From an uncultured Gemmatimonadaceae bacterium (lineage in GTDB: Bacteria; Gemmatimonadota; Gemmatimonadetes; Gemmatimonadales; Gemmatimonadaceae), in NCBI GenBank assembly GCA_963829055.1, contig CAWHHI010000011.1, positions 608,001 through 672,000 on the forward strand: a stretch of DNA of 64,000 bases, in the 5' to 3' direction. The notes beneath the pieces are model-generated. The model ran no database searches and was not told where the DNA came from. It saw nothing but the letters and a program-made list of their open reading frames with translations. A program made the position numbers and the translations under genes. Below, piece after piece: positions 31,470 to 40,159 of the stretch; within the stretch, counting starts at the first letter, position 1; every line of letters begins with the position of its first letter.

Positions 31470-32129
31470 CGCACACCGCTCATCCTCCACGCTGCTGCGT
31501 TATCCCAGGCACTGCCGGTTCTCGCGGGGCTTCGTCATGGTCGGCGACTTCCGGCAGCGCGATTGCTGGACCATCGCGTGGTGCGTGGCGCTCATGGTCG
31601 GCGACGGCGCGCAGCTCTGGTGGCGAGGTGGCGAGCGGCACGAACAATCTCTGGCTTCAGGCAGCTGGCAACTCCGCTTCAGAACGCGATCATGCTGTGG
31701 ACGTTGTCGCTCTGGCAGCGTCACGCGGTGTCGCGACTCGCCTTTCGCATCGCAATTCCGCTGTTCCTCGTCACCGTCCTGGCGCTCATCCCGACCGTCA
31801 GCGACACGTCGGACGTTCGATACCGTCACCGACCGTTTCAGGCGTTGGTCCTTCTCGCGGGCGCGTTGTATACGCTCGTACGGAACGCGGCGAGCGAACC
31901 GGGCGACGTCACACGCCAGGACTGGTTCTGGATCACGCTCGGCACATCGCTGTACTTCGCGATGCGCGTCGCGCTACCGCCGTTCGCTGCGATCCTGATG
32001 AGCTCCCATGTGGAGCTCGTCCGGCTCGCTTACTTTGTCCAGGCGTGGGCCGACATCGCGGTCTTCCTGCTCATTGCCCGAGGGATCTGGTGTCCCCTTC
32101 CGCAGGCGCGTTCTGGTGGCTTTTTCTGA
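31470..32129 (+). CDS. Multi-pass (about 6-7 TM) membrane protein, several indels in the 5' half
   Basis: Pieces in three frames: LILHAAALSQALPVLAG / WTIAWCVALMVGDGAQLW / GTNNLWLQ / PLQNAIMLWTLSLWQ...DWFWITLGTSLYF...FLLIARGIW; start not resolvable. Confidence 0.65.
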   Translation, partial: RTPLILHAAALSQALPVLAGLRHGRRLPAARLLDHRVVRGAHGRRRRAALVARWRAARTISGFRQLATPLQNAIMLWTLSLWQRHAVSRLAFRIAIPLFLVTVLALIPTVSDTSDVRYRHRPFQALVLLAGALYTLVRNAASEPGDVTRQDWFWITLGTSLYFAMRVALPPFAAILMSSHVELVRLAYFVQAWADIAVFLLIARGIWCPLPQARSGGFF

Positions 32130-32869
32130 TGGCGGTGCTCGCGCTCGTCGTGATCCTCACGGCGTTCGCGGCGGCGCTGATCATCTATCAACGGCGGTTC
32201 CTCCAGATGCACCGGACGTTCGCCGACAACCTGCTCGCCGCGCACGAGGAGGAACGCGCGTGGGTCGCGCGTGAGGTCCACGACGACGCGCTGCAACGCG
32301 TCGCGATGCTGGTCCACGAGCTCGATGAATGGCCGGGAATCCCCGCGGGGAATGCGTCGGCCAGCGCAACCGAACGCGTTGCCGCGCTGCGTGAAGAGAT
32401 CGAGGATCTCGGTGTCATGCTGCGCCGAGTCGCGCATCGCATGCACCCCGCGCTCATCGATCACGCGGGGCTCGTTCCGGCGCTCCAATCGCTCGCGATG
32501 GACGTCACCAGATCGTCAGGGATTCGCGTGGAAGTGACGGACGAATTGCGGCTCGATGGCGCGTCGCCGCCAGCCGGCGAGCGCGCGCTACTCGTCTACC
32601 GCATCGCGCAGGAAGCACTGCGTAACGTCGTCAAGCACGCCGGCGTATCGCAGTGCGACATGCTCGTCGCGCTCTCTCCTGCCAGCATCGAGCTTCGCGT
32701 GACAGACCGCGGCAAAGGCTTTGTCGCCGACGACTCGGCCAAGGGACGTGGGCTGGGTCTCATCAGCATGGCGGAACGTGCGCGCCTTGCCGATGGCCGG
32801 TTGGAAGTGTGGTCACGACCGGGCGACGGCACGACCGTGCGAGCACTCATTCCTCGTCAGGCACTTTGA
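32090..32869 (+). CDS. HisKA_3 (NarX/UhpB-type) histidine kinase with one N-terminal TM helix and no sensor domain
   Basis: GTG start after GAGGGA; one TM helix; EEERAWVAREVHDDALQ; YRIAQEALRNVVKHA; DRGKGF; GLGLISM. Confidence 0.9.
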   Translation: MSPSAGAFWWLFLMAVLALVVILTAFAAALIIYQRRFLQMHRTFADNLLAAHEEERAWVAREVHDDALQRVAMLVHELDEWPGIPAGNASASATERVAALREEIEDLGVMLRRVAHRMHPALIDHAGLVPALQSLAMDVTRSSGIRVEVTDELRLDGASPPAGERALLVYRIAQEALRNVVKHAGVSQCDMLVALSPASIELRVTDRGKGFVADDSAKGRGLGLISMAERARLADGRLEVWSRPGDGTTVRALIPRQAL

Positions 32870-32879
32870 CCGGATCAAC

Positions 32880-33518
32880 GTGACTGTGCAGCGCCGTCCA
32901 TCGGTCCTCATCGCCGACGATCACCCGCTCGTGAGCCACGGGCTCCGCGAGCTCCTGCGGTCCACACACACAGTCGTGGGAACGGTCGGTGACGGCCGAG
33001 AAGTGCACGACGCGGTGGAGCGGACGAAGCCCGATGTGCTGCTGCTGGATCTCTCCATGCCGCATCGCAATGGACTGGACCTGATCCCGGAGCTCGTGGC
33101 AGCGTTTCCCTCGCTTCGTATCCTTATTGTAACAATGCACCTCGACCGCACGCTCGCGGATCTCGCGCTGCAGTCCGGCGCGCATGGTTTCATTCCCAAG
33201 GGAGCGACGGCGGAGGAATTGAACGGCGCCATTCATGACGTGTTGAGGGGCGAACGGTATATATCGCCGAAGATTCCGCGTCGCAGCTTCCGAGACGGGG
33301 CGGCCCTCGAGGACCCGTCCCTCGATCGTTTGACGCCTCGTCAGCGCCAGATCCTGGATTTGATCGGTCAAGGCAAGAGCAGCGCTCAGATCGCCGAAGC
33401 GCTAAGCGTGAGTCCGCGTACGATTGAATTCCATCGCGCGCAGATCCGGAAAACTCTTGGCATATCGAACGAGATGGGTTTACTTCGGTACGCCATCATG
33501 CTTGGGACAAGGGATTAG
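32880..33518 (+). CDS. NarL/LuxR family response regulator
   Basis: IADDH, LLDLSMP, VTMH, FIPK; LTPRQRQIL...VSPRTIEFHR. Confidence 0.93.
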   Translation: MTVQRRPSVLIADDHPLVSHGLRELLRSTHTVVGTVGDGREVHDAVERTKPDVLLLDLSMPHRNGLDLIPELVAAFPSLRILIVTMHLDRTLADLALQSGAHGFIPKGATAEELNGAIHDVLRGERYISPKIPRRSFRDGAALEDPSLDRLTPRQRQILDLIGQGKSSAQIAEALSVSPRTIEFHRAQIRKTLGISNEMGLLRYAIMLGTRD

Positions 33519-33664
33519 GGGCGCTAAACTCGAGTCGGGGCAACACTGACGCTTACCTGACGGCGACCGGCTAGTAGTTCTCCGAGTGTACAGGCCAAAT
33601 CCCCCGTCGTAGCGTAGGTCCATGAGTCGCCTCTCTCTGTACGTGACCGCCCCGCCGTTCATGC

Positions 33665-34453
33665 ATGTGCGACGGCTTGGAGACGGTAGACCGCCCCTCG
33701 GAGCCATTCTTGCTCGCTGACGTGGCCGAGCGCCCGGCCACGTCGGAAGAGCTCAAAGAGTTGTTCGCGCTCGCGCCCTGGTGTCCGGTGTGCGTGCTGC
33801 TGCGCTCCACTGCCGAACGCCGACGGATTCCTCGGTCACCGCGGATGTGTTCCGTCAGCTCACTCGTTGGTGGTGGCGGCGCGGCATCCATCCTCGCTGC
33901 TGTTCGGGAGCGACCGCGTCCTGCACCGATGGAGATGGCTGAGTGGCTCGCCGATCGCGCGCGAACGCCCGGTTTGCGCGCTCCGCTCGCGACGCTGTTC
34001 GGCCGCGCCATCTCCGGCATCTCGCATTCGGGACTTGGTTCTACCTGGTCGGACACCCCGGTCTCCGCGCTCGGGAATTGGCCGGGGACTACGTGGCAGG
34101 AAGTCGCGCGGCTTGCCGACCTTGCCGCCAACCGCGAGGCGATGGGTCGCCTGCTCGGGCGCCGCAATCCGCAGGGAGTGCAGGCGGTGCATGCGATGGA
34201 GGAATTCCTCGGCGCCACTGAAGAGGAGTTCCGTGAGCGCGCCGGTTGGGAATGGGTGTTGGAGGCAGCGGTGCGGCGCTCCCGCGAGCAGAGTCTCGAG
34301 ATCCTCGCGTCGGCGCTGGGCACGTCTCCGCTCGGCTCCGCCCGCGTCGGTCAAGCGGCAGATACGCCTCGTGTTCCTTCCGGCGTCACACCCGAGTGGC
34401 CTCGCGCCGCGCAGTTGGCCGACGCTCCGCTCCGGGCCGCCGCGGGCAGATAG
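33665..34453 (+). CDS. Hypothetical protein (true start may be ATG 33622 with an indel)
   Basis: 262-aa ORF filling the gap co-directionally; APWCPVC and GWEWVLEA segments; no recognised family. Confidence 0.5.
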   Translation: MCDGLETVDRPSEPFLLADVAERPATSEELKELFALAPWCPVCVLLRSTAERRRIPRSPRMCSVSSLVGGGGAASILAAVRERPRPAPMEMAEWLADRARTPGLRAPLATLFGRAISGISHSGLGSTWSDTPVSALGNWPGTTWQEVARLADLAANREAMGRLLGRRNPQGVQAVHAMEEFLGATEEEFRERAGWEWVLEAAVRRSREQSLEILASALGTSPLGSARVGQAADTPRVPSGVTPEWPRAAQLADAPLRAAAGR

Positions 34454-34519
34454 ACGAGACATGCTGGCGATTCCGGGGCGCGGGCCGCATCATCGGCCGG
34501 CCTTCGTCCCGGAGCTCAG

Positions 34520-35725
34520 GTGTCGCGTATCCGATCGAGCATTGCCGCCCTTCTGCTAGCCGCGCCAGTCGCCGCCAGCACGTCCTCGGCGCAGAATGCT
34601 TCGCCTCCAGCCGGTTGGGCGAACTTCACACGTCTGCTCGAGGCATATACGGACAGCGACCACATCGTGGGCGCGAGCGCGTTCGTCATGCGCGATGGCC
34701 GAGTGCTGGCGCGGCACAACGTGGGGTTCGCGGACAAGGCGGCAGGCAAGCGCGTCGATGACCGCTCGATCTTCCACTGGGGATCGGTCACCAAGACGCT
34801 GACTGCAATCTCGATCATGCAGCTTCGCGATCGGGGTAAGCTCTCGCTGGACGACAAGGTCACGCGATGGGTGCCGGAGCTGCGACGGATCCACGACCCG
34901 TACGGCATGATCGACAGCATCACGATACGGATGCTCATGTCGCACTCGGCCGGATTCCGGAACGGGACCTGGCCGTATGGATCGGGCGAGGCATGGGAAC
35001 CGTTCGAGCCCACCGAGTGGGCGCAGCTGGTCGCGATGATGCCGTATCAGCAGTTGCTGTTCAAACCCGGCACGAAGTACAGCTACTCGAATCCGGGGTT
35101 CGTCTATCTCGCTCGGATCATCGAGGCGGTGAGCGGCGATCCCTGGGCGACGTACGTGCAGAAGAACATTTTCTCGCCGCTCGGTCTGGATCGGAGCTAC
35201 TTCGGAACGACGCCGTACTATCTCGCCGCCGACCGATCGCACAACTACTACGTCGCGCACGACTCGGTCTCGCGCCGGGACAGCGTCATCGACAATGGCG
35301 CGGACTTCGATCCGGGCATCACGATCCCGAATGGCGGCTGGAACTCGCCGCTCGATGACCTGGCCACGTATCTCGCGTTTCTGACGAACGCGCCCGGCGG
35401 CCGTCTCCCGAAAGAGCGCTACGACGTGATCCTCAAGCGCGCGTCGCTGGAGGAGATGTGGCGCCCGGTGGTGAATACGAACGGCAACGGTTACGGCTCG
35501 GAGAACGACTGGATGGGGCTCTCGTTCTTCGGCATGAAGTCGGGAGACGTGACGATCCTGGGCCACACGGGAAGCCAGGCGGGGTTCCACTGCTTCACGT
35601 ACTTCGATCCGGTGAAGCGCACGGCGGTGCTGGTGGTGTTCAACACGTCGTCGGAGCGAAGCACCCCGGGCGCGCGTGCGGCACAAAAAGCAATGACGGA
35701 AGCGGCGCTCGGATTACTGAAGTAA
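34520..35725 (+). CDS. Serine hydrolase, class C beta-lactamase/esterase family, secreted
   Basis: SVTK, LMSHSAG, YSYSN, GHTG. Confidence 0.9.
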   Translation: MSRIRSSIAALLLAAPVAASTSSAQNASPPAGWANFTRLLEAYTDSDHIVGASAFVMRDGRVLARHNVGFADKAAGKRVDDRSIFHWGSVTKTLTAISIMQLRDRGKLSLDDKVTRWVPELRRIHDPYGMIDSITIRMLMSHSAGFRNGTWPYGSGEAWEPFEPTEWAQLVAMMPYQQLLFKPGTKYSYSNPGFVYLARIIEAVSGDPWATYVQKNIFSPLGLDRSYFGTTPYYLAADRSHNYYVAHDSVSRRDSVIDNGADFDPGITIPNGGWNSPLDDLATYLAFLTNAPGGRLPKERYDVILKRASLEEMWRPVVNTNGNGYGSENDWMGLSFFGMKSGDVTILGHTGSQAGFHCFTYFDPVKRTAVLVVFNTSSERSTPGARAAQKAMTEAALGLLK

Positions 35726-35736
35726 TGCGAGCACCA

Positions 35737-35993
35737 CGGAAGGAGGAACGGAGCGGAAGGCAGGCGAGACGGCGGAGAAAAGCGTATCATCCCGAGCGCG
35801 GGAGCCCGCGCAGCGGGCAGATGAGGGACCTTCTCGACCGTCATCGTGGCCAATCGCGCCACGATGACAATCACAGAAGGTCCCTCGTCGCTTCGCTCCT
35901 CGGGATGACATGCGCTTCGCTCGGATGGATAACGCTTTTTCTCCGCCATCCGCCTTCCGCCCTCCTCCTTCCGCAGGCCTCCTTCCTCGGCCT
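35737..35993. repeat. Nested inverted repeat: GGAAGGA/GGCGGA-rich outer arms around a family-B doublet (35786-35910)
   Basis: CGGAAGGAGG...GGCGGAGAAAAGCGT versus ACGCTTTTTCTCCGCC...CCTCCTTCCG; inner ATCATCCCGAGCG...GTCATCGTGGC..GCCACGATGAC...CTCGGGATGACA. Confidence 0.85.
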
Positions 35994-35995
35994 CG

Positions 35996-37033
35996 CTAGA
36001 ACCGATACCTCACCGACAGATACGTCGGCTCCATACCGGTCGACGAGGACACCTCGTCGAACAGGCGCGCGAAGTCGATCGCCAGGTTGCCCGAGTCGTA
36101 GCCCACGCCTAACGACGGACCACCGTAGCCGCCCGAGCGCGACGCGTAGCCACCACGGAACAGCAGTCGTCGCCGCCAGCCGAGCTCCGCGCCAACGCGC
36201 GGCGACGGGTCCATGCGTCGGAGCTCGCTCACCATGTCCGCACTGAGCCGAAGCTGCGCGCCGTCCACCATCGCTTCCAGCGCCGAGACGCGCCACTCCA
36301 TCCCGGCCTGCAGGCGGGACGGAAGCTGGTCCGCTTGCGGCTCGTCGTTGACCTGCATCGGAAGGCCCATGTTGCGGACGCTCGCACCGAGCGTGATCGG
36401 AATCTGTGGGTCGAGCGAAAACTGCGCGCCCGCGTCGACCGCGCTCGTGGATGCCATGATGCCCGTTTCGCCCGTACACGGGCCGGTGCAGTCGATCCGC
36501 CACTGCACGAGTTTGTAGCTCAGTCCCACGTTGAGTCGTTCGAGCGCCGCGGCGTACGTCGCCGCGTAGATCAGACTTCGCGGAAGGATCGTGCCGCCTT
36601 CCGCTCCAGACTCGTCCGCGTTGCCTGACGACCCGAAGTCCCGCAGGCTTGCCGAGACGCCGAATGATCCGAGCAGTCGCGAGTGTGCGACGACCGAGAG
36701 GGCGTCGGCCTTGCCGCCGATGCTCTGCGAGTGGTGAATCGCGGCACTGGTGCCCTTCATGCGCGCCAGACCAGACGGGTTCCACCACACGGATTCAGTC
36801 GTGCCGTCCATCGCCATCGCCGCCTGCCCGAGCGCGACGGCCCGCGCGCCGGTGGGCAGCAACAGATCGAGCGCGCCCTCGCCCATGGCCGGGTGTTGCG
36901 CCTCGGTGCGCACCGGCAGAAACGTGGACGCGACGGACGCGACGATCGCGATCCGCGCGCGCAGTCCTCGGTCGAGCGGCTTTCCAAGCGGCTTTGCAAG
37001 CGGCTTTGTACGACGGTGCGGTACCAGCATCAT
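35996..37033 (-). CDS. PorV/PorQ-like (FadL-superfamily) outer-membrane beta-barrel
   Basis: LLLPTGARAVALGQA...VWWNPSGLA N-terminus; alternating beta strands; terminal YRF; start uncertain. Confidence 0.75.
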   Translation of the reverse strand: MMLVPHRRTKPLAKPLGKPLDRGLRARIAIVASVASTFLPVRTEAQHPAMGEGALDLLLPTGARAVALGQAAMAMDGTTESVWWNPSGLARMKGTSAAIHHSQSIGGKADALSVVAHSRLLGSFGVSASLRDFGSSGNADESGAEGGTILPRSLIYAATYAAALERLNVGLSYKLVQWRIDCTGPCTGETGIMASTSAVDAGAQFSLDPQIPITLGASVRNMGLPMQVNDEPQADQLPSRLQAGMEWRVSALEAMVDGAQLRLSADMVSELRRMDPSPRVGAELGWRRRLLFRGGYASRSGGYGGPSLGVGYDSGNLAIDFARLFDEVSSSTGMEPTYLSVRYRF

Positions 37034-37114
37034 CGAACCGCTCCTGATTGGCTCGCGTTGCCATCCACATCGAGTGCCGGCATGGATGACGGTCGCGCGC
37101 TGCGAGATCTTTAC

Positions 37115-37187
37115 GTAGCCTTACCCCAGGTAGCCTTACCCGTCGGGTGTCCACCAGGTCACATACTGTCGCATACGGTCGCATACT
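37115..37187. promoter_or_regulatory. Direct repeats in a divergent promoter region
   Basis: GTAGCCTTACCC x2 (37115, 37130); GTC(A/G)CATAC(T/G) x3 at 10-bp period (37158-37187). Confidence 0.45.
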
Positions 37188-37234
37188 GAGCCGGGACGGA
37201 GCAGGCGACCGCTCGTCCCACCGTCGGAGGTCCA

Positions 37235-38851
37235 GTGCACGTGTTCAAGAAGTTCCGCGCGATTCGAGCCGGCGCAATAGTTGGGGCGGCCATGGTCGTC
37301 ACTGCGCCAGCCGGGATCGCGGCGCAACAGCCCGCATCGTCCGCGCGCCCTGCCGCATCGGGCGCGAGCGTGCGCGCGGCAACGCGGCAATATCGTGAGT
37401 CGCACGAGGCCGAGATCGCGCGGGAATTCGTGGAGCTGCTCGCGATTCCTGACGTGGCGTCGGACACCGCGAACATTGGTCGGAACGCCACGGCGGTGAT
37501 GGCGATGTTGCGTCGTCGCGGCGTGACGACGCGGACCCTCGACGGTGCCGGCGGGCCACCGGCGGTGTACGGCGAGCTGCGCTCGCCTAACGCCACGAGA
37601 ACCGTGGTGTTCTACGCGCACTACGACGGCCAGCCCGTGGATCCGTCGCAGTGGACCGGCGCGCCGTTCACGCCGGTGCTCCGCGATGGATCGCTCGCGG
37701 CCGGCGCCAAAGTCATCCCGATGCCTGCCGCCGGCGAACGCATGCGAGGCGACTCGCGCATCTACGCGCGGTCGGCGAGCGACGACAAGGGCGCCATCAT
37801 CGCGATGATGAGCGCGCTCGACGCATTGCGCGCTGGCGGCATCGCGCCGTCGGTGAATCTCAAGTTCTTCTTCGAGGGCGAGGAGGAGGCCGGTTCGTCG
37901 CATCTGCGTCGCGTCCTGCAGGCGAACGCCGAGCTCCTGCGCGCGGACGCGTGGGTGTTCTGCGATGGGCCGGTGCATCAGAGCGGCCGCCAGCAGGTGG
38001 TGTTTGGTGCTCGCGGCGTGATGGGGCTCGAGCTCACGACCTATGGGCCGCTGCGCCCGCTGCACAGCGGCCATTACGGCAACTGGGCACCGAATCCGGC
38101 CGTACTCATGGCGACGCTGATCGCCAGCATGCGCGACGACGACGGCCGCATCCTGATCGCCGGCTTCAACGACGACGTCCGCCCCATCTCGGCAGCGGAG
38201 CGTACCGCGTTAGGCGCGATCCCTCCGGTCGACACCACCCTTCGACGCGCGCTTCAACTGGGCGCGACCGAGGCCGGCAACGCGTCGTTGGCGGAGCGGA
38301 TCATGGCGCCGGCGCTGAACGTGCGCGGGATCAAGGTGGGTGGCGTGCGCGAGCTGGCCGCCAACGCCATTCCTACCGAGGCGTCGGCCTCGATCGACTT
38401 CCGACTCGTGCCTAACCAGACACCCGAGCACGTACGACAGCTGGTCGAGGCGCACCTTCGTTCGCGTGGCTACCATCTCGTCGCCGACACGCCGGATTCG
38501 GCGACACGCGTGACGCATCCGAAGATCGTACGCGTCGAATGGGAAGGTGGGTACGCCGCGACGCGCGCTCCGATGGACATTCCGTTCTCGCGGGCGTTGC
38601 TCGCCGCCGCGTCGAGTGGCGCCGCGACGCCGCCGCTCGCGGTCCCGATGCTCGGCGGCAGTCTTCCCACGTCCACGTTCGAGCAGGTGCTCGGCGTGCC
38701 GCTCGTGGTGTTGCCGATTGCCAATTACGACAACAACCAGCACGCGGCGAACGAGAACATCCGTGTTCAGAACCTGTGGGATGGGATCGAGCTGTTTGCC
38801 GCGGTCATGGCGCGGGTCGGGCACGAGTGGAAGGAGAGTGCGGTCCCATGA
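37235..38851 (+). CDS. M20/M25/M40 family metallopeptidase, secreted
   Basis: YAHYDGQP, ARSASDDKG, EGEEEAGS, LHSGHYG, NQHAANEN. Confidence 0.93.
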   Translation: MHVFKKFRAIRAGAIVGAAMVVTAPAGIAAQQPASSARPAASGASVRAATRQYRESHEAEIAREFVELLAIPDVASDTANIGRNATAVMAMLRRRGVTTRTLDGAGGPPAVYGELRSPNATRTVVFYAHYDGQPVDPSQWTGAPFTPVLRDGSLAAGAKVIPMPAAGERMRGDSRIYARSASDDKGAIIAMMSALDALRAGGIAPSVNLKFFFEGEEEAGSSHLRRVLQANAELLRADAWVFCDGPVHQSGRQQVVFGARGVMGLELTTYGPLRPLHSGHYGNWAPNPAVLMATLIASMRDDDGRILIAGFNDDVRPISAAERTALGAIPPVDTTLRRALQLGATEAGNASLAERIMAPALNVRGIKVGGVRELAANAIPTEASASIDFRLVPNQTPEHVRQLVEAHLRSRGYHLVADTPDSATRVTHPKIVRVEWEGGYAATRAPMDIPFSRALLAAASSGAATPPLAVPMLGGSLPTSTFEQVLGVPLVVLPIANYDNNQHAANENIRVQNLWDGIELFAAVMARVGHEWKESAVP

Positions 38852-38870
38852 CGTCATCCCGATTCATCCA

Positions 38871-39728
38871 GTGAACCGACGCGACTTTCTGCACACGACC
38901 GGCGGCGCGATGGCGAGCGCCGCACTCGGCTCCAGGGCACTGGGCGTGTCGCCTAACGCGCCGCACTCGACGGCGCCTCTCGAGCGAATCGGCCTCGAGC
39001 TGTACAGCGTCCGCAAAGAGATGGCTCGGGATTTCGATCGCACGCTGGCGACGGTGCGTGAGATCGGCTACACCGACGTCGAGCTGCTCTGGTCGTTCGA
39101 CAACTGGGGGAAGTCGACGGCGGAGGTGAAGGCGGCACTCGCGCGTGAAGGCCTGCGCGCGCCGTCGGCGCACATCGCGCCGATCACGATGCTGATCGGG
39201 TGGGAGCGGCGCCTCGACACCGCCAACGCGTTAGGCCACGAGTATCTCATCGTGCCGAGCCTGACGAGCGACACGAGTCGCACGCTCGATGACTGGCGCG
39301 AGTGGGCGGATCGCTTCAATCAGGCGGGCGCCGTCGCGCGGCGCCACGGCGTCTGGCTCGCGTTTCATAGCGAGCCGGATCACATGAAGCCGATCGACGG
39401 GCAGGTGCCGTACGAGGTCTTCGTCGAGCGCACCGACCCATCGGTGGTTCGCCATCAGCTCGACGTGGGCAACATGGCACTCGGCGGTGCCGATCCGATG
39501 CGATACCTGGAGCGATACCGCGACCGCTACTGGAGCTTCCACTTCAAGGATGTGGTGGCGGATCGGTCGCACGACACGGAGCTGGGGACGGGCACGCTGG
39601 ATCTTCGCCGGATCATTGCGGCAATCCCGAACATCGCCGCCAAGCCGTGCTACGTGGAGCAGGAGGGCTCGACGGACTCGCTGGCGAGCGCTCGCCGGAA
39701 CTTCGAGTTCCTGCGTCGGCTTGCGTGA
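38871..39728 (+). CDS. Sugar phosphate isomerase/epimerase (IolE-like TIM barrel), Tat-exported
   Basis: NRRDFL Tat motif; GLELYSVR, LDVGN, HFKD, YVEQE. Confidence 0.88.
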   Translation: MNRRDFLHTTGGAMASAALGSRALGVSPNAPHSTAPLERIGLELYSVRKEMARDFDRTLATVREIGYTDVELLWSFDNWGKSTAEVKAALAREGLRAPSAHIAPITMLIGWERRLDTANALGHEYLIVPSLTSDTSRTLDDWREWADRFNQAGAVARRHGVWLAFHSEPDHMKPIDGQVPYEVFVERTDPSVVRHQLDVGNMALGGADPMRYLERYRDRYWSFHFKDVVADRSHDTELGTGTLDLRRIIAAIPNIAAKPCYVEQEGSTDSLASARRNFEFLRRLA

Positions 39729-39829
39729 AGAGCTGCTTGCTGGTTGAACGGCAATTTTACCGCAGAGGACGCCAAGGACGCAGAGCACTGCTTCGGCAGC
39801 CATCCAGAGCGGAGGTGTTTTTGAGAAGA

Positions 39830-40014
39830 GGCCGGAAACCACTGAAACGACCTGATCCGATCGCGACCGGGACAGGTGGTCACGCAAGCGGCCGAATCTT
39901 TGGCAACGGCCTCGGGGCGCGTTCGTCTCTTCACGGGCCGTTCCTCTTCAATTGCCCCGCTCGAAGAACCGTCGCGGTCGCGATCGGATCGGGCTGTTTC
40001 AGTCGTTTCCGGCC
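39830..40014. repeat. Intergenic inverted repeat with ~40-bp arms
   Basis: GGCCGGAAACCACTGAAACGACCTGATCCGATCGCGACCG (39830-39869) versus CGGTCGCGATCGGATCGGGCTGTTTCAGTCGTTTCCGGCC (39975-40014). Confidence 0.8.
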
Positions 40015-40159
40015 GTTTCCGTTCACACCCCCGGTTCTGGCTGGCCTGTCGAAGCAGTTCGTCGGAGAGGGTAAGTGACCGGAACCGTGTACATTGGGTG
40101 CGTCGGAGCCACGGCACGATGGCGCCGAGATCCCTACCGCTCGGAGTTTCGTTACGTTC

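Noticed and set aside
31470..32129. Multi-TM protein next to a transducer-like kinase as a sensory rhodopsin
   Set aside because: No retinal-binding Lys in the last helix (AWADIAVFLLIARG).
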